Virus record (IMG/VR): IMGVR_UViG_3300018080_000001
Location: 64,001-128,000 of that record
Strand: one strand, 5' to 3'
DNA length: 64,000 bases
From: a virus
Made by a program: the position numbers and the translations under genes
The notes under the pieces: model-generated
Told to the model about the DNA's origin: nothing
Databases searched by the model: none
The model's input: the letters and a program-made list of their open reading frames with translations, nothing else
In this document: in pieces, positions 60,385 through 64,000 of the stretch
How the letters are laid out: every line of letters begins with the position of its first letter
How positions within the stretch are numbered: position 1 is the stretch's first letter

Positions 60385-60588
60385 CTAATCCTCTTGATCT
60401 ACTATTTTTTCCAGTAATTTTATTAAATCTTCGCACGCTTCTTTCTTGAAATGAACAACTACAATGCCTCCATTTACATTATTTTTTGTACAATAATTAT
60501 ACTGAATTTTTAATTTTTCTAAAATTAAAAACAAGTCTAAATTATCTACTTTTGATAAACCTAATTTTATAGGTTTTATATTACTCAT
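60385..60588 (-). CDS. Hypothetical protein
   Basis: ATGA overlap with the upstream gene. Confidence 0.45.
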   Translation of the reverse strand: MSNIKPIKLGLSKVDNLDLFLILEKLKIQYNYCTKNNVNGGIVVVHFKKEACEDLIKLLEKIVDQED

Positions 60589-60773
60589 GGCGCTTCTTCC
60601 GTCATAAATTGCATGGAACTCTTGGTTAAAACCAGATCAGAAATTTTTAGTCTTTCATCAGGATTCAAGCACGTAGCACACGTAAGTTTTTTTCTAAACT
60701 TTATAACTATATCAACTTTTCCGCAATGCTTACACACACCCTTTTTACCCAGACTTCTACTGTTATTTGTCAT
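60585..60773 (-). CDS. Zinc-ribbon small protein
   Basis: CKHC...CATC. Start is coupled to the kinase stop (TAATG). Confidence 0.55.
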   Translation of the reverse strand: MTNNSRSLGKKGVCKHCGKVDIVIKFRKKLTCATCLNPDERLKISDLVLTKSSMQFMTEEAP

Positions 60774-62074
60774 TATTCATTACCCGCTGTTTTCAGTATT
60801 GGTAGAGTTATATAAAAAGTAGTTCCTTTATCATCTGTTTTATATAATTCTAATTTTCCGCCCAATGCTTTTATTTTATTTTTAGCTAAAAATAAACCAA
60901 GCCCACTACTTCCTTGCTTTTCTTCATCTGTATTAAATTTTGTAAAAAGTTTATTCTTTATTTCCTCCTTTATACCCGGTCCATCATCTTCAATAGCAAT
61001 TGTTATAGATCCTCCACCATTTACTACCATTAATATTATTTCAACTTTTGAAGATCCGGCCTCAAAAGCATTATTAATTAAATTATCTATCGATATTCTT
61101 AAATTTTCCATTTTACCTTTTATATAAACATTAGGTAATTGTTTTATTATAATATTCTTATTTATATCGTTAGAATACAACTCGTCTATAAGATCTTTAA
61201 TACAAAATTTATCATCACCATCTTTTATATTACATAAATAATCTTCCGCTATTTTAGATATTTTATCTACATCTATTATAGTATCATTCAGCGCATCAGA
61301 TGCATCTATACTGTTGATTTCACTACTTTCTTTTATAAATTGAAGATTAAAATTAACCGGTAATATTAAATTTTTTATTTCATGCAGTAAAGTACCTACT
61401 GCAATAACACTGGAATCAACTTTATCCTCTTTTAATAATATATCTACTTGATCAAGAGCATCTTCCGTCTTTTCTTGTTTAACTTCTAGTGTTCTATATG
61501 AACGAGTTAATCTTGCTTGATGTAAATAAAAAACAAAATTAAATACAAATAAGAAAAACTGAATTACAGTAATATCTAGTATTAAAGAAAATATAAAAGG
61601 TATTAATATAATTTTAATAACACTTATAATAGAAATACCTATAAATCTAGCCCATTGATTACACATTATTATATAAAGAACCATCAAACTACACGAAACT
61701 GTCGGTACAGACGACAGTGATGCCATTATAGTAACCGACGAAGCATAAAGAGGTATATCTATTAATTGCGATATTACTGCTACGTGCTTATTTTTATGTT
61801 TCCAATAATAATGATAACCTGTAGAAGAGATTAAACCCGCGATACTAGAGAATATAAGAGGAAACCAACAAATAAAATAATAATAATTTTCATATAAATT
61901 TATACCAATATTGGTAAAAGAAAATAAAAACACAACGGGTATAACATAAGCCGGACCACATTGAAGCATAGAACCTTCTAAATTAATTGAATTATAATAT
62001 GAGAACCAGAGCTTTTTTATCCCTTGAACAAACTTACTAAATTTTGACAATATTCTATTGCTATTGAACCGCAT
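60773..62074 (-). CDS. Multi-pass membrane sensor histidine kinase
   Basis: About 5-6 TM segments. H-box 'LLHEIKN', N-box 'NLINNAFEA', G1 'IEDDGPGI', F 'LFTKF', G2 'GLGLFLAK'. Confidence 0.92.
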   Translation of the reverse strand: MRFNSNRILSKFSKFVQGIKKLWFSYYNSINLEGSMLQCGPAYVIPVVFLFSFTNIGINLYENYYYFICWFPLIFSSIAGLISSTGYHYYWKHKNKHVAVISQLIDIPLYASSVTIMASLSSVPTVSCSLMVLYIIMCNQWARFIGISIISVIKIILIPFIFSLILDITVIQFFLFVFNFVFYLHQARLTRSYRTLEVKQEKTEDALDQVDILLKEDKVDSSVIAVGTLLHEIKNLILPVNFNLQFIKESSEINSIDASDALNDTIIDVDKISKIAEDYLCNIKDGDDKFCIKDLIDELYSNDINKNIIIKQLPNVYIKGKMENLRISIDNLINNAFEAGSSKVEIILMVVNGGGSITIAIEDDGPGIKEEIKNKLFTKFNTDEEKQGSSGLGLFLAKNKIKALGGKLELYKTDDKGTTFYITLPILKTAGNE

Positions 62075-62769
62075 ATTTCTGCCTTACATTCTAAATCGTC
62101 TAACGCTCTATTAAATAAATTACTTTTATCTTTATTACTTAAACTTATATAACGTTCGTCTAGCGAATTTTTATCATGTATGATTTGTAAAATGATTCCA
62201 TAAGTCATACCTAAATTATACCAATTTTCTAAATTATCAGATCCTCCGGATATAGCAGCTAAATTAAAATATAGAGCGAACTGCTCTCCCGCAACTCTTT
62301 TAGCCACTTCATAATAAGTATCATAATCCCATAAAGTTGTAACTAATTCTAATCTTTGACCCACAAACATTTTGGATAACGAAGTAAACATTATGTTCGC
62401 AATTTTATCTGAGATAGAGTAAGATCTCATTACAGCCAGACTAAACATATGCGATTGAGTATTGATTTGCAAAGACATTGGTATATCCATATAAGATGAA
62501 TCACCATCCTGCATATCGTCGGTCAAGTTTACAGCGGCAAAGAACAACTCAGCCAAAGAACCCGCGACAAGGGCTTGGCTTTCTAAAGCTCCAATCTTCT
62601 TACTCACATCATATACTAACCCCCCGGGGTGTGCCTGTACAGAAGAACGGTCAAGAGCCTTCTGTATGTTCTCCCGAGAAGGCGCGTCAATAACAGGGAA
62701 TTGTTCTTGCGAGAGCTTGTAGAGCCATCTACGAGTCTCCCAGCTTATATAAGGGTTGGAAGCAGACAT
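62017..62769 (-). CDS. ComQ-like class I isoprenyl (peptide prenyl) transferase
   Basis: FARM 'LTDDMQDGD', 'GQRLEL', and a degenerate second motif 'LQIIHDKNS'. The 250-aa length is shorter than chain-elongating synthases. Confidence 0.78.
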   Translation of the reverse strand: MSASNPYISWETRRWLYKLSQEQFPVIDAPSRENIQKALDRSSVQAHPGGLVYDVSKKIGALESQALVAGSLAELFFAAVNLTDDMQDGDSSYMDIPMSLQINTQSHMFSLAVMRSYSISDKIANIMFTSLSKMFVGQRLELVTTLWDYDTYYEVAKRVAGEQFALYFNLAAISGGSDNLENWYNLGMTYGIILQIIHDKNSLDERYISLSNKDKSNLFNRALDDLECKAEICGSIAIEYCQNLVSLFKG

Positions 62770-62786
62770 GATTTATAAAATCAAAA

Positions 62787-63050
62787 CTAGGGAAAGTATA
62801 CAGCTGCGCCAGACACATTACTATTTAGGACGTTAGTATCGTCCATAAATTTCTTTACCGCGTCTTTCACAGTTTTTGCTTTGGCGGGGTCTCCAGCGGC
62901 CAGATCATCAATAGCTTCTTCCAGCTTCTTCTCAAATGCCGGATTAAAACTTTGTGCTCCTGGGTTTCCGGTAATAGCTCCGATCTCATACAATGCTTCT
63001 AGCATTGCAGGGAAAGAGCTAGCCATGTTAATAAGTACGGGGGTTGCCAT
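62787..63050 (-). CDS. Putative pheromone precursor peptide (ComX-like)
   Basis: 87 aa, strong AAGGAG RBS, 17 bp upstream of the prenyltransferase. N-terminal LINxxxxFPxxLxxL and C-terminal ...GAAVYFP. Confidence 0.55.
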   Translation of the reverse strand: MATPVLINMASSFPAMLEALYEIGAITGNPGAQSFNPAFEKKLEEAIDDLAAGDPAKAKTVKDAVKKFMDDTNVLNSNVSGAAVYFP

Positions 63051-63143
63051 TTTCTCTTCTCCTTGTTATTCATACATTCACTGCGAATGCATACAACAGT
63101 CTCTAATATACTATAGGATCTTTGGAAAATATAAAAAATCTAT

Positions 63144-63506
63144 TTATAACGGCGTAATTGTACTGGCTGTGGAAGGAACCACTCCATTATTATAGTCATC
63201 CAATAACTGATTATAATTTTCAATTATTTCATTTATTTTTGTTTTTAACGCAGGAATTGTAGGAACTTCGTTATCATCCAACCAATTAGCCAAGCCTTCT
63301 ATTATTATACGTGTAAATTTATCTGCCAACCATTCTTGACCAGGCGTTACCGTATCACCTGGTTCTGGCGGTGTTGGCGGGGTTCCGATATCTGGAGGAT
63401 ACTCAATTTTTAACCCTGTAGGATCTCCTAAAGCAAGTTTTATATCTTCTTTACTGGCATCTGCAACATCTTGTATTGCACTGCTTAAATCTCCGTAGGT
63501 AGTCAT
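63144..63506 (-). CDS. Hypothetical Pro-rich protein
   Basis: AGGAG RBS, 120 aa. Confidence 0.55.
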   Translation of the reverse strand: MTTYGDLSSAIQDVADASKEDIKLALGDPTGLKIEYPPDIGTPPTPPEPGDTVTPGQEWLADKFTRIIIEGLANWLDDNEVPTIPALKTKINEIIENYNQLLDDYNNGVVPSTASTITPL

Positions 63507-63517
63507 ATGAATGTCTC

Positions 63518-63766
63518 CTAATTCATATTTTTATTAGTTAGTTTTACCACTGATCCGTTATAAATATCGTTATATATCTTATTAATTTTTTTATTACGTG
63601 CTGTTATTTCTTTATTTAACTTTTTTACTTCTTCATTTAATATTACTAATTGATCTGTAAATACAGTTATATCTTTTTTTATTTTGTTGAATTGATCTTG
63701 CACAATGGCCTTAACAATTTCCGTAACAAACTTTCTTACAATATTTTTAGTTAACATTTTCCACAA
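63518..63766 (-). CDS. Small coiled-coil protein
   Basis: Heptad pattern and operon packing. Confidence 0.45.
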   Translation of the reverse strand: MWKMLTKNIVRKFVTEIVKAIVQDQFNKIKKDITVFTDQLVILNEEVKKLNKEITARNKKINKIYNDIYNGSVVKLTNKNMN

Positions 63767-63941
63767 TACCTTGTAACTCGTGAGCCATCTTTTTTATTTT
63801 ATCATCGTTATTAAGATTATTGCGCGTATAAATATCTAGGGCTTTTTTTATTCTTAGTTCTAAATGATTTACACGGCCAGATAAACTTACATTGGATTTC
63901 TTCAAATTATTTAGTTCCAATTCTTTATAAAAGTCACTCAT
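63747..63941 (-). CDS. Small coiled-coil protein
   Basis: GAGG RBS and heptad pattern. Confidence 0.45.
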   Translation of the reverse strand: MSDFYKELELNNLKKSNVSLSGRVNHLELRIKKALDIYTRNNLNNDDKIKKMAHELQGIVENVN

Positions 63942-64000
63942 TCGTTAGACCTCTTTCTTTTCTTTCCCATAAATTCTCTATACTCTGTTTTTACACTAGA

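Noticed and set aside
62017-62769. Ordinary FPP/GGPP synthase as an auxiliary metabolic gene
   Set aside because: It lacks the RRG motif after the first DDxxD and a proper second DDxxD, and it is flanked by a peptide and a sensor kinase, which fits a ComQ-like role better. Not formally excluded without a profile search.
1-64000. Stop-codon reassignment or tRNA genes
   Set aside because: Genes are full length and densely packed in code 11, with TAA, TAG and TGA all used as stops. No tRNA-like sequence was noticed in the few gaps.
63945-64000. 3' end of a minus-strand ORF at the window edge
   Set aside because: Only about 18 codons are visible, so nothing can be assigned.

Overview
The window is the virion-morphogenesis region of a large, AT-rich, contractile-tailed (myovirus-type) dsDNA phage. 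Almost everything is encoded on the minus strand in standard genetic code. In transcription order (right to left) it holds: small accessory genes; a three-gene peptide / prenyltransferase / sensor-kinase cassette; a structured non-coding gap; a candidate small terminase and the large terminase; a fibre/decoration cluster; portal, head-morphogenesis protein, prohead protease, scaffold, decoration protein and major capsid protein; a holin/spanin-like cassette; neck and tail-completion genes; tail sheath and tube; tail assembly chaperones with a clear -1 frameshift signal; two paralogous tape-measure-like proteins; baseplate hub, spike and wedge genes; and a truncated fibre-attachment gene. Four observations stand out. 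(1) A phage-encoded ComX/ComQ/ComP-like prenyl-peptide quorum-sensing cassette (60773-63050) whose peptide has Tyr, not Trp, near the C-terminus, and which has no response regulator in the window. (2) Seven unrelated small proteins share an N-terminal ISDxGxxRIA...(A/G/S)Q leader, a probable capsid-targeting and protease-cleavage signal for injected cargo. (3) A plus-strand island with duplicated sigma70 promoters encodes a foreign Mu-gp46-like baseplate protein. (4) An IscB-type PLMP/RRXRR domain is fused to the gene that follows the major capsid protein. All functional calls come from motif recognition and gene order only; no database searches were run.
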